A stretch of DNA of 64,000 bases from an uncultured Actinomycetota bacterium (GTDB taxonomy: Bacteria; Actinomycetota; Actinomycetes; JAHEKZ01). This document shows, one piece after another, positions 39,966 through 53,358 of this stretch. Numbering within the stretch: the stretch's first letter is position 1; the number at the start of each line of letters is the position of its first letter. The stretch lies in contig CAWHIJ010000003.1 of the NCBI GenBank assembly GCA_963829525.1, positions 1,568,001-1,632,000 on the forward strand. The letters run 5' to 3'. Under the pieces are notes generated by a model. That model did not search any database. It was given only the letters and a program-made list of their open reading frames with translations, and was not told where the DNA came from. The translations under genes were made by a program, and so were the position numbers.

Positions 39966-40310
39966 TCAGTTCCCCTCGGTGATCAGTGTGTCGACAGCGT
40001 CGCGAAAACTGGTCCACTCCTCGGCAAATGCGCGCAGCGAGACTCGCCCCGACTCGGTGATGCGGTAGTAGCGACGCGGTGGGCCGGTTTCCGACTCTCG
40101 CCACGTCGTTGCGACCAAGCCCTCGCGCCGCAGCCGGGAGAGCAGCGGATAGAGGGTGCCCTCGCTGGTGACGAGCGCCTCGACCCGTCCGAGGTCGCCC
40201 ACGAGGTCAACGGCGTATCGCTCCTCGTGGGAGACCAGGGCGAGGACGCAGTACTCCAGCGCCCCGCGACGCAGCTGGGTCAGGCTCGTTCGCTGCTCTG
40301 CCGCTTCCAT
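39966..40310 (-). CDS. PadR family transcriptional regulator
   Basis: [33 protein letters not shown]. Confidence 0.95.
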   Translation of the reverse strand: MEAAEQRTSLTQLRRGALEYCVLALVSHEERYAVDLVGDLGRVEALVTSEGTLYPLLSRLRREGLVATTWRESETGPPRRYYRITESGRVSLRAFAEEWTSFRDAVDTLITEGN

Positions 40311-40386
40311 GCGAGACAAGGTACCAGGTGAGGCACGTTGCCGGGGCGGTTTCGCAAAGCATCCACCTCGGTCGCAGGATGGACCC

Positions 40387-41277
40387 ATGACAACTGCGAC
40401 GCCCGCCACCTTCGCTATTCGCGGCAGCTTGCCCATCCACCGACTCGGCTACGGCGCCATGCAGATCACGGGGGAGGGGATCTGGGGCCCTCCTGCCGAC
40501 CATGACGGTGCGCTGGCCGTACTGCGCAGGGCCGTCGAGCTCGGGGTCGACTTCATCGACACGGCAGACTCGTACGGTCCGACCGTCAGTGAAGAGCTGA
40601 TCGCCGAGGCGCTGCACCCCTACCCGGAGAGCCTGGTCATCGCGACCAAGGCCGGACTGACCAGGACCGGGCCGGGCCATTGGCACGTGCTGGGCTTCCC
40701 TGAGTACCTGAAGCAGCAGTGTGAGCTGAGTCTTCGGCGGCTCAAGGTGGAAACGATCGATCTCTTTCAACTGCACCGGGTGGACACCAGGGTTCCGCTG
40801 GCTGACCAAATCGGCGCATTAGTCGAGCTGCAGAAGGAAGGCAAGATCCGGCACATCGGGCTCTCCGAGATCACCGTCTCCCAGCTCCAGGCGGCGCTGC
40901 AGATCACGCCCATCGCCACGGTCCAGAATCTGTACAACGTCGGCAACCGAGCGAGTGAGCCGCTGCTGGACGTGTGCGCCTCCGCCGGCATCGGCTTCAT
41001 CCCCTGGTTCCCGGTGCAGACCGGTGAGCTCGCGGCACGAGGCAGTCGGCTGGACGCCCTTGCGACGTCCACCGGCCACACCCCGGCACAGCTCGCTCTT
41101 GCCTGGCTCCTTCAGCGGTCGCCAGTGATGCTGCCGATCCCGGGCACCAAGTCGGTTGGGCACCTCGAGGAGAACTGCCAAGCGGCGCACATCACCTTGG
41201 ACGACGCAGCCGTCGCCACCCTGGACGCCCTCGTGGCGCCGGGAACTGACCCAGAGACAAAGGGCACCTCGAGCTGA
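40387..41277 (+). CDS. Aldo/keto reductase
   Basis: RLGYGAM, DTADSYG, IATK, IGLSE, IPGT. Confidence 0.95.
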   Translation: MTTATPATFAIRGSLPIHRLGYGAMQITGEGIWGPPADHDGALAVLRRAVELGVDFIDTADSYGPTVSEELIAEALHPYPESLVIATKAGLTRTGPGHWHVLGFPEYLKQQCELSLRRLKVETIDLFQLHRVDTRVPLADQIGALVELQKEGKIRHIGLSEITVSQLQAALQITPIATVQNLYNVGNRASEPLLDVCASAGIGFIPWFPVQTGELAARGSRLDALATSTGHTPAQLALAWLLQRSPVMLPIPGTKSVGHLEENCQAAHITLDDAAVATLDALVAPGTDPETKGTSS

Positions 41278-41415
41278 CTACCCGGAGCGTCGGTTCGGGG
41301 TTCGGGGGTGGGGCCGACTACAGTCGGCAGGGCCGCCTTCCCCCGGCACTTCACAGCCACTCAAGAACCCTCCACGGTTCTTCCGAACGACCCTCTCAGG
41401 GAGGCCGGCGCCGGT

Positions 41416-44400
41416 ATGGCCGACTCGTTCGTGCACCTGCACGTGCACACCGAGTACTCCATGCTCGACGGTGCCGCCCGCGTCGGTGAGCTGCTCGACG
41501 CCGCAGTCGATCAGCAGATGCCCGCCATTGCGATCACCGATCACGGAAATCTCTTCGGCGCCCACGACTTCTACCGTCAGGCGCGCGACCGCGGAATCAG
41601 ACCGATCGTCGGGATCGAGGCCTACCTGACCCCTGGCACCGATCGCCGCGACCGCACCAGGGTCCGGTGGGGCGGCGGTGGCCAAGACGACGTCTCCGGC
41701 GCCGGTGCCTACACGCACATGACCATGCTGGCCCAATCGACAGCCGGTATGCACAACCTGTTCCGACTCTCCAGTCTGGCGAGCATCGAGGGCTTCTACT
41801 TCAAGCCGCGGATGGACCGAGAGCTGCTACAGACCTACTCCGACGGCATCATTGCCACGACCGGATGTCCATCCGGTGAGGTGCAGACGTTGCTTCGTCT
41901 CGGCAAGTACGACGCCGCAGTCCAGGCCGCGTCGGACTACCGGGACATCTTCGGGGCGGACAACTACTTCTGCGAGCTGATGGACCACGGCCTCGACATC
42001 GAACGGCGTCCACGGGACGACTTGCTTCGCCTGGCCAAGCAGCTGAACCTGCCGCTCGTCGCCACCAACGACCTGCACTACACCCATGCTGCTGACGCAG
42101 AGTCGCACGCGGCGTTGCTGTGCGTGCAGTCCGGCTCGACCCTGGCCGACCCCACCCGCTTCAAGTTCGACGCCGACGAGTTCTACCTCAAGACGGCAGA
42201 GGAGATGCGCGAGGTCTGGCGTGACTATCCCGAGGCATGTGACAACACCTTGCTCATCGCCGAGCGCTGCCAGGTTGCCTTCAACGAGGACGCCAACCTC
42301 ATGCCGCGCTACGACGTCCCCGACGGCGAGACTGAGGCGTCCTGGTTCGTCAAAGAGGTAGAGCGCGGTCTGCATCTTCGCTACCCGACGGGGATCTCCG
42401 ACGAGGTGCGCAAGCAGGCCGAGTACGAGGTCGGCGTCATCTGCCAGATGGGCTTTCCCGGCTACTTCCTGGTCGTCGCCGACTTCATCGGATGGGCCAA
42501 GCGACAAGGCATCCGGGTCGGCCCCGGCCGCGGGTCGGCTGCTGGCGCGATCGTGGCCTACGCGCTGGGGATCACCGACCTCGATCCTCTGCAGCATGGA
42601 CTGCTGTTCGAGCGCTTCCTCAACCCCGAACGGGTCTCGATGCCCGACATCGACATCGACTTCGACGAGCGCCGTCGCGGTGACGTCATTCGCTACGTCA
42701 CCGAACGGTACGGCGACGACCGCGTCGCGCAGATCGTGACCTACGGCACCATCAAGGCCAAACAAGCGATCAAGGACTCCTCGCGAGTTCTTGGCTATCC
42801 CTATGCACTGGGGGACCGCATCACCAAGGTGTTACCGCCATCGGTTATGGGGAAGGACATCTCCCTCAAGGGAGTCTTCGACGCGAAGGACAAGCGTTAC
42901 AACGAAGCCGGCGAGTTCCGCTCCCTCTACGAGTCCGACGCTGACGTCAAGCGGGTGGTCGACACCGCTCGTGGCCTCGAGAACCTCAAGCGTCAGTGGG
43001 GCGTGCACGCCGCCGGTGTGATCATGTCCAGCGAGCGGCTGATCGACCACATTCCCATCATGAAGCGCGAGCAGGACGGCGCGATCATCACGCAGTTCGA
43101 CTACCCGACCTGCGAACGGCTCGGGCTGCTGAAGATGGACTTCCTGGGTCTTCGCAACCTCACGGTTCTGGAGGACGCGCTCGCCAACATCGAGGCGAAC
43201 CGAGGCGAGACCGTGGTACTCGAGACGCTCACCCTGGACGACAAGCCCACCTATGAGCTCTTGGCCACCGGTGACACGCTGGGTGTCTTCCAGCTCGACG
43301 GCGGGCCGATGCGGGCACTCCTGCGCTCAATGGTGCCGGACAGCTTCGAGGACATCTCGGCAGTCCTGGCGCTCTACCGCCCGGGGCCGATGGGGGCCAA
43401 CGCGCACAACGACTACGCCGACCGCAAGAACGACCGCAAGCCGGTGACGCCGATCCATCCAGAGCTTGAAGAGCCACTCGCCGATATCTTGGGTGACACC
43501 TACGGTGTCATCGTCTACCAGGAACAGGTCATGGCGATCGCTCAGCAGCTCGCTGGTTACACCCTGGGCCAGGCAGACCTGCTGCGACGGGCAATGGGCA
43601 AGAAGAAGAAGGAAGTTCTCGACAAGGAGTTTGTGCCGTTCTCTGACGGCATGCGCGCACGCGGGTATTCCGACAAGGCGATCTCCACGCTGTGGGAGAT
43701 CCTCGTTCCTTTCGCCGACTACGCCTTCAACAAGGCGCACACCGCCGGGTACGGGCTCGTCTCCTACTGGACGGCCTATCTCAAGGCGAACTTCCCAGCC
43801 GAGTACATGGCCGCGCTGCTCACGTCGGTCCGCGACGACAAGGACAAGTCAGCCCTCTACCTGCACGAGTGCAGGCGCATGGGCATCAAGGTGCTTCCCC
43901 CAGATGTCAATGACTCGGATGCGAACTACACCCCCCGTGGAACCGATATCCGCTTCGGACTCGCTGCGATTCGCAATGTCGGGCTCAACGTCGTTGGCTC
44001 AATCGTCGAAGCCCGACGCGCCAAGGGCAGGTTCGCCGACTTCGCTGACTTCCTCGCCAAGGTCGACCAGGTGGTCTGCAATAAACGGGTTATCGAGTCA
44101 CTGGTCAAGGCTGGCGCCTTCGACTCACTTGGGCACACCAGACGTGGGCTCATCGCGGTACATGTCGAAGCAGTCGACATGGTGCTGGAGACCAAGCGTG
44201 CCGAGGCGATCGGCCAGTTCGACCTTTTCGGGTCGTCCGAGGACAGCGACACAGCTGGCTTCACCTCCGAGCTGACGATTCCGGTCGGTGAGTGGGAGAA
44301 GTCAACGTTGCTGACGCACGAGCGCGACATGCTGGGCCTGTATGTGTCAGACCATCCGCTCTTCGGAGTCGAGCACGTGCTGGCAGCCAACTCCGACTGC

Positions 44401-44931
44401 TCGGTGGCTGAGCTGATGGCAGATGGTGAGCGGCCGGACGGATCGACGATAACTGTCGGCGGTCTGATCACCGGTCTTCAGCGCAAGGTCACCAAACAGG
44501 GAAATGCGTGGGCCATCGCAACACTGGAGGATCTTGAGGGCGCCATCGAGGCGATGTTCTTCCCAGCCACCTACAACCTGGTCGCTCCGCACCTGCACGA
44601 AGACCGCATCGTCTTGGTGCGGGGGCGAATCGACCGCCGCGAAGATGTTCCGAAGCTCATCGCGATGGAACTGACGGTTCCCGATCTCGACGTGGAGGAG
44701 GCGCGGGGCCCGGTCGTCATTACCCTTCCGGTCGCGCGATGTGTGCCGCCTGTTGTCGACCGCCTCAAGGAGGTGCTGAGCGCGCACCCGGGAACGGTCG
44801 AGGTACACCTTCAGCTGCAATCGGGTGGGCGAACCACAGTCATGCGACTTGACGATCGGCTGCGGGTACGACCATCGCCGGCGCTCTTTGGCGATGTGAA
44901 GGCGCTCCTCGGGCAGGCCAGCGTCGCGTGA
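41416..44931 (+). CDS. dnaE: Replicative DNA polymerase III alpha
   Basis: [18 protein letters not shown] intact PHP; PDIDIDF, YAFNKAH, QFDLF clamp motif. Confidence 0.98.
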   Translation: MADSFVHLHVHTEYSMLDGAARVGELLDAAVDQQMPAIAITDHGNLFGAHDFYRQARDRGIRPIVGIEAYLTPGTDRRDRTRVRWGGGGQDDVSGAGAYTHMTMLAQSTAGMHNLFRLSSLASIEGFYFKPRMDRELLQTYSDGIIATTGCPSGEVQTLLRLGKYDAAVQAASDYRDIFGADNYFCELMDHGLDIERRPRDDLLRLAKQLNLPLVATNDLHYTHAADAESHAALLCVQSGSTLADPTRFKFDADEFYLKTAEEMREVWRDYPEACDNTLLIAERCQVAFNEDANLMPRYDVPDGETEASWFVKEVERGLHLRYPTGISDEVRKQAEYEVGVICQMGFPGYFLVVADFIGWAKRQGIRVGPGRGSAAGAIVAYALGITDLDPLQHGLLFERFLNPERVSMPDIDIDFDERRRGDVIRYVTERYGDDRVAQIVTYGTIKAKQAIKDSSRVLGYPYALGDRITKVLPPSVMGKDISLKGVFDAKDKRYNEAGEFRSLYESDADVKRVVDTARGLENLKRQWGVHAAGVIMSSERLIDHIPIMKREQDGAIITQFDYPTCERLGLLKMDFLGLRNLTVLEDALANIEANRGETVVLETLTLDDKPTYELLATGDTLGVFQLDGGPMRALLRSMVPDSFEDISAVLALYRPGPMGANAHNDYADRKNDRKPVTPIHPELEEPLADILGDTYGVIVYQEQVMAIAQQLAGYTLGQADLLRRAMGKKKKEVLDKEFVPFSDGMRARGYSDKAISTLWEILVPFADYAFNKAHTAGYGLVSYWTAYLKANFPAEYMAALLTSVRDDKDKSALYLHECRRMGIKVLPPDVNDSDANYTPRGTDIRFGLAAIRNVGLNVVGSIVEARRAKGRFADFADFLAKVDQVVCNKRVIESLVKAGAFDSLGHTRRGLIAVHVEAVDMVLETKRAEAIGQFDLFGSSEDSDTAGFTSELTIPVGEWEKSTLLTHERDMLGLYVSDHPLFGVEHVLAANSDCSVAELMADGERPDGSTITVGGLITGLQRKVTKQGNAWAIATLEDLEGAIEAMFFPATYNLVAPHLHEDRIVLVRGRIDRREDVPKLIAMELTVPDLDVEEARGPVVITLPVARCVPPVVDRLKEVLSAHPGTVEVHLQLQSGGRTTVMRLDDRLRVRPSPALFGDVKALLGQASVA

Positions 44932-45004
44932 CCGCAGGACACACTGCCCAACCACTGCCCGGTCGGCGGTCTTGACCGCGGCAAACGGGCGCTAGCCTGG
45001 TGCG

Positions 45005-46562
45005 ATGAGTGCCACCGGGGGGGTCGAGCAGACCGAGCACACGGGGGTGCGAAATCCGCATAGTCGCCGGCGGGTGTTGGTTGCGGCAGCGGTGGCTCTA
45101 GCTCTGGTTCTGTCAGCTGGAGCCGGTTTTGCCGTCGGAACCGTCGTCGGTGGCGGCGGGACCCAGCCCGAGGACGTCCTGCCGGACACAGTGTTGGCCT
45201 ACGTCGACGTCGATCTCGACCCCGCTGCGCAGCAGAAGATCAACCTGGTGCGTCTGCTCGGTCAGTTTCCGGATGTCGAGCAGGAGTACGGCCGTGAGCC
45301 AGACATCCGTACCGTCGTCGTCGACTGGCTCGTCGATGGCACCGAGCTTCAGGACGCCAACGCATCGGAATGGATCGGTGACCGGGTCGGTGCCGGCCTC
45401 AGCTGGGATGCCGATGCCAAGACGCTGACGCCCGTTGCTGCGATCCAGGTGACCGACGAGGAAGAGGCGGTGGCCGATCTCGGACGGGTGCTCGCGCCGG
45501 ATCAGATCGCCCTGAGCGATGGCTATGTGGTGGTGACGGGGGATCTGCTGAACGAGTTCTCCGCCCTTGATGAGCTTGATGGTCTTGTCGGCACTGGCGG
45601 GCCACCAACGCAGAGTGCCGCTGAGGTTGTCGCTTCCGGCCGGTCAGCGCCGCTGTCGCAGTCGGTGGCTTTCACAGATGTCTTCGGGCATCTCGATGAC
45701 GGGCTGTTGTCGATGTATGTCGACGGCAAGGGAGTCGCCGCAGCTGGACAGCAGATCGCTGGGGGTCTGGGGCTCGGAGCTCCTGCCGTCAGCGACTCCT
45801 TGGCCAGCGCAGCAGAGTCGGGACAGGTTGGGGCCGTCCTGCGGGCAGAGCCAAACGCCCTTGAGCTGCTGGCCTGGAGCAGTGCCGCTCCGCCAAGCGG
45901 TTCGGCGCCGGCCGAACTGACGCCCACCTTGCCAGAGAGCACGCTGTTCGCCCTGGAGTTCACCGGTGGCGCCGAGCAGGTCGCTGACCGCTGGGCCCAG
46001 ACGCTGGGGGGCGGGCTCACAGCCCAAGGAAGTCGAGCGGCAGCTGGCCAGCTTGGAGGCGCAGTACGGAGTTCGGCTTCCCGATGATCTGCAGACACTG
46101 GTTGGCGAGGACGCGGTGCTCGCCGTCGATGGTGAGGGTCTGTTGACGTCTGTGCCGGGAATCGGTTTGAGATCGGTCACTGATCCTGCCGCCGGCACCG
46201 CCCTGGCCTCCCAGATCGAGAGCGCCCTGGCCTCGCTGACCGGTGGGTTCGGGATCACCGCCCGAGGAACCGCTGACGGCATGGTGGTGGCCACCACGGA
46301 CGAGTACGCGGCCCGGCTTGAGGCCGGGGACGGAACTCTGGGCACGGACTCGACCTACCAGGAGGCGCTGCCCGACGCCGCCGACGCCTCCTACCTTGTC
46401 TGGATCGACTTCTCTGCGGTAAGGGGGTTCGTCGCGCTGGCGGCGCCTGATGCCGGCGGCATCCTGGGGCCCCTCGACGCATTCGGTGCGACGGTGAGCC
46501 CCGACGGCGGCGGGTCACTGGTCCGTGCGCGCCTGGTCTTCAGCGAGGAAAGCGACTCGTGA
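45005..46562 (+). CDS. Membrane-anchored DUF3352-like protein (frameshift near 46020)
   Basis: N-terminal TM, QPEDVLP...Y.DVDLDP...QK, continued in ORF 45966-46562. Confidence 0.65.
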
Positions 46563-47140
46563 CGAGTCCCAGCCGCGGGGGTGTCCTTGTGGTTGCCGAG
46601 ACCGCCTTCGCCGGCGTGGCCCTTGGCGCCCTGATGGGGGTGATCTGGTGGTGGGTCGCCCCGACCGAGGAGTGGCGAGTCGTCGACGGTGGCCGGCTGG
46701 TGCCGTCCGAAATCGGATTCAACGCCTGGTTCGCAGCAGATGGTTGGTTCGCGGTGCTTGGCGCAGTCGCCGGAGTTCTTCTGACGCTGATCTCCTGGCG
46801 CAGGGGTCGCCGGAACCCTGTTGCCCTGGCCATTGGCGTGATCGTCGGCGGAGCGCTCCTGGCTCTCACTGCCTGGTCGCTGGGTGGCATTTTGGGTCCC
46901 CCTGACCCGAAGACCGTCGCGGACGCCGCGGAACAGGGAACGACGGTCGAAGGGGCACTCGGTCTACGGGCCCTTGGGGTGTTGTGCGCACCGCTCCTCG
47001 CCGCCCTGACCACCCTGGCGCTGTCTGGTGGCCAGCGCCCATGTGGACAAGCCTCCGACCGAGCCCACGTCACCGTCGGATCGAGACCGGGGTACCTCAG
47101 CCGTCCTGGTAGCCCGTCTCTTCCTAGACTGAGGCCATGA
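46559..47140 (+). CDS. DUF2567-like membrane protein (3' end uncertain)
   Basis: G..WWWVAP, FAADGWF, LGPPDP; multiple TMs. Confidence 0.6.
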   Translation: MTSPSRGGVLVVAETAFAGVALGALMGVIWWWVAPTEEWRVVDGGRLVPSEIGFNAWFAADGWFAVLGAVAGVLLTLISWRRGRRNPVALAIGVIVGGALLALTAWSLGGILGPPDPKTVADAAEQGTTVEGALGLRALGVLCAPLLAALTTLALSGGQRPCGQASDRAHVTVGSRPGYLSRPGSPSLPRLRP

Positions 47141-48443
47141 TCTCCCGTATCGACCTCAGCGGGCCGGCACGCGCGTCGGTCGATCCACGAGATGTACTAC
47201 CGCGTGCGGTCCTGAGCGTCGAGGTTGCCGTCGAGCAGGTGCGGCCGATCTGCGAGGACGTCCGACAGCGAGGCGCGGTCGCCGTGCGCGAGCTCACGGA
47301 GCGCTTCGACGGTGTTGACCTCGAATCGGCCAGGGTCCCGGCACAGGCAGTCCGGAGGGCCGTCGACGAGCTCGATCCTGCCTTACGTGCTGCGCTCGAG
47401 GAAGCCATCCGCCGCGCGAGAGCGGTGCACGAGGCTCAGGTTCGTCGAGACGTCACCGTTGAGGTGGTGCCGGGTGGCCGGGTCACCGAGAAATGGCTGC
47501 CCGTGTCGCGCGTTGGCCTTTACGTGCCGGGTGGGCTGGTCGCGTATCCGAGCAGCGTGGTGATGAACGTCGTCCCGGCACAGGTGGCTGGCGTCCCGTC
47601 GATCGCTGTCGCCTCGCCACCCCGGCGTGAGCACGGCGGCTTACCGCACTCGGCTGTCCTGGCGGCCTGCGGCCTGCTCGGCATCGAGGAGGTCTATGCC
47701 GCTCGGTGGGGCGCAGGCCGTGGCGATGTTCGCGTACGGCACGCGAGACTGCGCGCGGGTGGACCTCGTGACCGGTCCAGGCAACGTCTACGTTGCTGCC
47801 GCCAAGCGCCTCCTCAAGGGCGTCATCGGGATCGACTCCGAAGCGGGCCCGACCGAGATCGGCATCCTTGCCGACGCTGGTGCCGACCCGAGTTACCTGG
47901 CGGCCGACCTGATTGCGCAGGCTGAGCACGACGAGAACGCATCCTGCCTGCTGGTGACCGACGCATCCGCACTGCTCGACGCCGTCGACATCGAGGTCGA
48001 GGTCCAGCTCACGACGACGCCGCACCGCGAGCGGGTCGAGAAGGCGCTCTCCAATCAGAGCGCCTTCGTCCTCGTCGACGACCTCGACCAGGGTTTGCAG
48101 GTCGTCGACGAGTGGGCTGCTGAACACCTCGAGGTCATCACAGCTGATGCGGGCGTACGCGCCGGCCGCGTCCGAAACGCCGGTGCGATCTTCGTCGGCC
48201 CGTACTCGCCGGTGTCGCTCGGCGACTACCTCGCGGGCTCCAACCACGTGCTTGCCGACAGGTGGCACTGCTCGGCACAGCAGCGGCCTCTCTGTCCAGT
48301 CCTTCCTGCGCGGCATCCACATCGTCGACTACGACCGCGAGGCGTTAGCTGCTTCGGCTCCGCACATCGACGCCCTGGGTGGCGCCGAAGACCTCGGGGC
48401 ACACGTTGCTGCCGTCCGAGTGCGCGTGCCCCGGGGCTCGTGA
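47137..48443 (+). CDS. hisD: Histidinol dehydrogenase (frameshifts)
   Basis: GLYVPGG, GPGN.YV, EAGPTE, QAEHD, EHLE, GDY.AGSNHVL. Confidence 0.93.
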
Positions 48444-49538
48444 TGGCACTCGACGACCTGCCGTTGCGCGACGACCTGCGCGGGCAGAGTCCCTACGGCG
48501 CACCCCAGCTCGATGTCTCGGTACGGCTGAACACGAACGAGAACCCGTACGCGCCCAGCAGCACGGTCACGTCATCGATCGTCGCCCGCGTGAGTGCGGC
48601 AGCAGCCGGTCTCAACCGATATCCGGACCGCGACTCGCGTCGAGCTTCGCCAGGCGCTCGCGCGCTACGTCAAGGACCGCACCGGCGGCAGGTGACAGCC
48701 GGTCAGGTGTGGCCGGCCAATGGCAGCAACGAGGTGCTGCAACAGATCCTTCAGGCTTTTGGCGGCCCGGGTCGGAGAGCCATAGGTTTCGAACCGTCGT
48801 ACTCGATGCATCGACTGATCTGCCGTGGCACCGGCACCGAGTACCTGCCACTGGATCGAGGCGACCGCTTCGCCATGACGGGCCGAAGACGTGCGCGCCG
48901 CGGTCGACGAACACGATCCCGACATCGTCTTCCTCTGCACCCCCAACAACCCGACGGGTACGGCCCTGCCGCTCGACGTGGTTGAGGCGGCCTATGACGC
49001 AACGCCCGGCGTCGTCGTTGTCGACGAGGCTTACGCGGAGTTCAGCCAGAGCCCAAGCGCGGTGAGCTGCTACCTGGGCGGGAGCGACTGATCGTTGTTC
49101 GGACGCTGAGCAAGGCGCTCGAGCTCGCTGGGGCGCGAATCGGCTACGCCGTGGCGAACGAGGCCGTTGTCGATGCGCTTGCAGCTTGTCCGGTTGCCGT
49201 ACCACCTCTCATCGATCACCCAGGCCGTCGGGATGGCGGCCCTCGAGCACGCCGACGAGCTGCTCGCGGTGGGTTGAAGTTCTCAAGGTCCAGCGCGATC
49301 GCATCGCGGCGATGCTCTCAGGAGCTCGGGTACGAGGTCTATCCCTCCGAAGCCAACTTCGTGTTCTTCGGTGGGCCTCGCCGACCAGACCGTCCTCTGG
49401 CACTCACTCCTCGACGCCTCCGTCTTGATCCGAGACGTCGGTATCCCCGGTCATCTGCGCGTCACGGCAGGAACACCGCACGAGACCGATGCGTTCATCG
49501 AAGCGATCCGGGCCATCACTAAGGAGACCGCCGCATGA
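48443..49538 (+). CDS. hisC: Histidinol-phosphate aminotransferase (frameshifts)
   Basis: [34 protein letters not shown]. Confidence 0.92.
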
Positions 49539-50171
49539 CAGCCGCAGAAGGCAGCGCAGCCTCAGGGGGACAGGACCTCCAGGCGTGCTCGCGTCGAACG
49601 GAATACGAAGGAGTCGTCGGTCCTCGTCGTGCTCGACGTCGATGGCTCTGGGGTGGTGGAGGTCGACACCGGAGTCCCCTTCTTCGACCACATGCTGGCG
49701 CAGCTCGGAAAGCACGGGCTCTTGGACCTCGACCGTCCGCACCAAGGGCGACGTCGAGGTCGACGCACACCACACCGTCGAGGACACCTCGCTGGCTGTC
49801 GGCCAGGCGCTCCGCGAGGCGCTGGGGGACAAGGCTGGTGTCCGCCGGTTCGGCCACGCGGTGGTGCCGCTCGACGAGACGCGGGTGCTGGCGTCGGTCG
49901 ACCTCTCGGGGCGTCCGTACCTGGTGCACTCCGAGCCAGAGCTGGTCGAGCTGATCGGCAGCTACGACACCACGCTTGACCCGACACATCTGGGAGTCGA
50001 TCGTCGCCGAGGCACGGATCACTCTGCACGTCGAGGTGCAGACCGGCCGCAATGCCCACCACGTTGTCGAGGCCCAGTTCAAGGCCGTGGCCAGAGCGCT
50101 GCAGAGATGCGGTGGCACTCGACCCGCGCGTCACCGGGGTGCCGTCCACCAAGGGAACGTTGGGTCGATGA
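49535..50171 (+). CDS. hisB: Imidazoleglycerol-phosphate dehydratase (frameshifts)
   Basis: [31 protein letters not shown]. Confidence 0.92.
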
Positions 50172-50323
50172 GCTCGGTGCTGCCAGTCCTGCTTCTGGCG
50201 CTGGCCGGGTTCTGCTTCGGTGGCGCGTACGCGCTCTACTCGCAGCGGAAGCCGCTGTGGGCGGTGGGCCTGGTGGCCGCACTGGGTGCGCTGTCCTTGG
50301 TCGGCGGGTGGCTCTACCTGTGA
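50168..50323 (+). CDS. Small two-TM hypothetical protein
   Basis: ATGA overlap with hisB; hydrophobic; typical of actinobacterial hisB-hisH interval. Confidence 0.7.
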   Translation: MSSVLPVLLLALAGFCFGGAYALYSQRKPLWAVGLVAALGALSLVGGWLYL

Positions 50324-50341
50324 GTGCACCGTGAGACGATC

Positions 50342-50984
50342 ATGAGTCAGGTAAAGCCCTCGGTCGTCGTACTGGACTATGGATCGGGGAACGTCCGTTC
50401 AGCGGTTCGAGCCCTGGAGCGTGCCGGCGCAGACGTGACGCTCAGCTCCGAGCGGTCGGCGAGCAACCGCGGCCGATGGCCTAGTCGTCCCGGGGGTCGG
50501 GGCGTTTTCGGCGTGCATGCAGGCGCTGAATGCTTTGCGAGCCGGCGAGATCATCGGTCGACGGTTGGCCGGAGGGAGGCCCGTCCTTGGCATCTGCGTG
50601 GGAATGCAGGTGATGTTCGAGCGTGGGGTCGAGCACGGCGTTGCGACCGATGGCTTCGGAGAGTGGCCGGGCCAGGTGGTCGAACTCCAGGCTCCGGTGT
50701 TGCCTCACATGGGCTGGAACACGGTGGACGTGCCGCGATGATTCGTCGCTCTTCCACGGCGTCGCGGACCAGCGCTTCTACTTCGTCCACTCCTACGGTG
50801 TGCGCTACCTGGGAGCTCGTCGCCCGACCCCAGAATGCCTGCTCCTCTGGTCACCTGGGCCACGCATGGGGAGCCCTTCGTCGCTGCCGTCGAGAACGGG
50901 CCGCTCACCGCCACACAGTTCCACCCGGAGAAGTCCGGCGACGCTGGGCACCTCCTGCTCCAGAACTGGTTGGGCACCCTCTAG
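50342..50984 (+). CDS. hisH: IGP synthase glutaminase subunit (frameshifts)
   Basis: [39 protein letters not shown]. Confidence 0.93.
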
Positions 50985-50994
50985 CCTGCACGAC

Positions 50995-51312
50995 ATGAGC
51001 AAGGAGAAGGCGCGTCGTCGAGCTGAGGAACGTGCCAAGAAGAGTGCGCCCAAGGCGAAGCCGACCGAAAAGCTGGCAGCGACCCAGGCCAGACCGAAAA
51101 AGAAGGTGGCCACCAGGTCCGCCCGTCAGCAGCGCCAACGTCGTCGCTTGTGGGTCATGGCGGCAATGTGGCTCGTTGCCAACGCGGTCATCTGGATCGT
51201 CAGCGGCGCCGGCAACTGGGAGGCCAAGTGGATCGGCCTGACCATCACCACCATCTTGGTCCCGTTGATCGTCTGGCTGGTGTGGGACCCCGAGGGTCGC
51301 GTCGACCTCTGA
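50995..51312 (+). CDS. Hypothetical membrane protein with basic N-terminus
   Basis: [12 protein letters not shown]..., two C-terminal TMs; leaderless TAGCCT. Confidence 0.7.
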   Translation: MSKEKARRRAEERAKKSAPKAKPTEKLAATQARPKKKVATRSARQQRQRRRLWVMAAMWLVANAVIWIVSGAGNWEAKWIGLTITTILVPLIVWLVWDPEGRVDL

Positions 51313-51349
51313 CTCGGGAGCTGGGCCGGCTCACCGTAGAGTTTCGGTC

Positions 51350-52085
51350 ATGTCTGAACCACGTCTGGAGCTGTTGCCAGCTGTCGATGTCGCTGACGGT
51401 CAGGCGGTCCGGCTCGTGCAGGGAGCAGCCGGGACCGAGACCTCTTACGGCGACCCCTGGTCGGCGGCGCTGGCATGGCAAGAGGCAGGGGCGGAGTGGA
51501 TCCACCTCGTCGATCTCGACGCCGCCTTCGGCAGGGGAAGCAACCGTGAGCTGCTCGTCGAGGTCGTGGGCAAGCTCGATGTCGATGTCGAGCTGAGTGG
51601 TGGCATCCGTGACGATGCTTCGCTGTCGGCGGCGCTGGGCACTGGTTGTCGGCGGGTCAACCTCGGAACAGCTGCCCTGGAGAACCCTGAGTGGTGTGCA
51701 AGGGCGATCGCCCGAGCACGGCGACCGGATCGCGGTAGGACTTGACGTCCGGGGCACCACCCTCGCGGCTCGCGGCTGGACCGAGGAGGGCGGCGACCTC
51801 TGGGAGACGCTCGAGCGTCTCGAGCGGGACGGCTGCGTCCGCTACGTGGTCACAGACGTCACCAAGGACGGCACCCTGCGGGGACCCAACCTCGAACTGC
51901 TTCGCGAGGTGGCCTCTCGGACCGACAAGCCCATCGTTGCGAGCGGGGGAGTGTCCTCGCTCGCCGATCTCGAGGCGATCGCTGCACTCGTTCCGATGGG
52001 TGTCGAGGGAGCAATCGTCGGCAAGGCGCTCTACGCCGGAGCCTTCACCTTGCAGGATGCCTTGGCGACGGTGTCCCGGCGGTGA
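51350..52085 (+). CDS. priA: Bifunctional HisA/TrpF isomerase PriA (one frameshift)
   Basis: [37 protein letters not shown]. Confidence 0.93.
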
Positions 52086-52113
52086 CAACCGTCGGGGACT
52101 CAGATGAGTACCA

Positions 52114-52527
52114 GTGCCTCGGGGCAGTGACGATCCGAATGCGAGGGGCACAGCATTCGTGAGGCATCAGGTTGAGGTACGAATCAGCATGGAGCGCCCA
52201 CTTCACGAAGTCTGGGGCTTGGCCTGCGACGTCAGCTCATGGCCAGCGATGCCAGGTGCCGATCTAGCCATCACGCTAACGCCGGTCGCGACCGAAGACC
52301 GGATTGAGTACGGCATCTCGGCAGGTTTGCCCGTTCGCGACCACCACGGGCAGCTGGCCATGACCTCGACGCCGGACGGTGGAACCGAGCTCGTCTTTGC
52401 CGAGTCGTTCCGACCGCGAATCTGGGGCACCGGAGGGTATCTGCGCGGTCGCCGTGAGCGGGCCCTGATCGACACAGCGCAATCGTGGGGTCGGGCGAGC
52501 CCTGACAGCGCCCAGCGCTCCATCTAG
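52114..52527 (+). CDS. SRPBCC-like hypothetical protein
   Basis: VW....DVSSWP, Y....GLPVRDH.G pattern; start uncertain. Confidence 0.55.
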   Translation: MPRGSDDPNARGTAFVRHQVEVRISMERPLHEVWGLACDVSSWPAMPGADLAITLTPVATEDRIEYGISAGLPVRDHHGQLAMTSTPDGGTELVFAESFRPRIWGTGGYLRGRRERALIDTAQSWGRASPDSAQRSI

Positions 52528-52536
52528 GCTGCCGGC

Positions 52537-53307
52537 GTGACAGTGGCTGTGCGGGTGATCCCGTGCCTTGACGTCGATGCCGGTCGAGTCGTCAAGGGCG
52601 TCAACTTCGAGAACCTGCGAGATGCCGGGGATCCGGTGGAGCTGGCCCGTCGGTACGACCCGAAGGAGCCGACGAGCTGACCTTCCTCGACATCACTGCG
52701 TCAAGCGGTGACCGTGCCACCACCTATGACGTCGTCAACCGCACCGCTGATGAGGTGTTCATCCCGCTCACCGTCGGCGGTGGCGTTCGGTCGGTCGGCG
52801 ACGTTGACCGCCTCTTGCGGGAAGGAGCCGACAAGGTGGGGGTGAACACCGCAGCGATCGCTCGGCCCGAGCTGATTGCTGAGATCGCAGCGCGGTTCGG
52901 TCGCCAGGTATCTGGTTCTGAGTGTCGATGCCCGTCGCGCCAAGGGACGTGAGGACCGCGTCTGGGTTCGAGGTGACGACGCACGGCGGCCGTCAGGGGA
53001 CGGGCATCGACGCCATCGAGTGGGTCGAGCGCGCGCAGCAGCTAGGTGCTGGTGAGATCTTGCTGAACTCGATGGACGCCGACGGGACGCGGGAGGGTTT
53101 CGACGTTCGGATGATCTGCTGCGGTCAGGAGTCGGACTCACCTGCCGCTGGTGGCGAGCGGTGGTGCTGGAACACCCGACCACTTCTGCGATGCGGTCGA
53201 GGCCGGAGCTGACGCGGTGCTTGCGGCAAGCGTCTTTCACTTCGGCAGCTTCACGATCGCGGACGTCAAGGACACGCTTCCGCGCGGCAGGACATTGCGT
53301 CCGTTAA
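52537..53307 (+). CDS. hisF: IGP synthase cyclase subunit (frameshifts)
   Basis: [41 protein letters not shown]. Confidence 0.93.
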
Positions 53308-53358
53308 GGCCGCTGGTCCTGCGGGGCATTGGACGGTGAGCCTCTAGACGCTGAGCCT

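Noticed and set aside
41278-41415. SOS box or PafBC motif upstream of replicative dnaE
   Set aside because: A TACAGT -10 is present but no GAAC-N4-GTTC or correctly spaced TGTCGG
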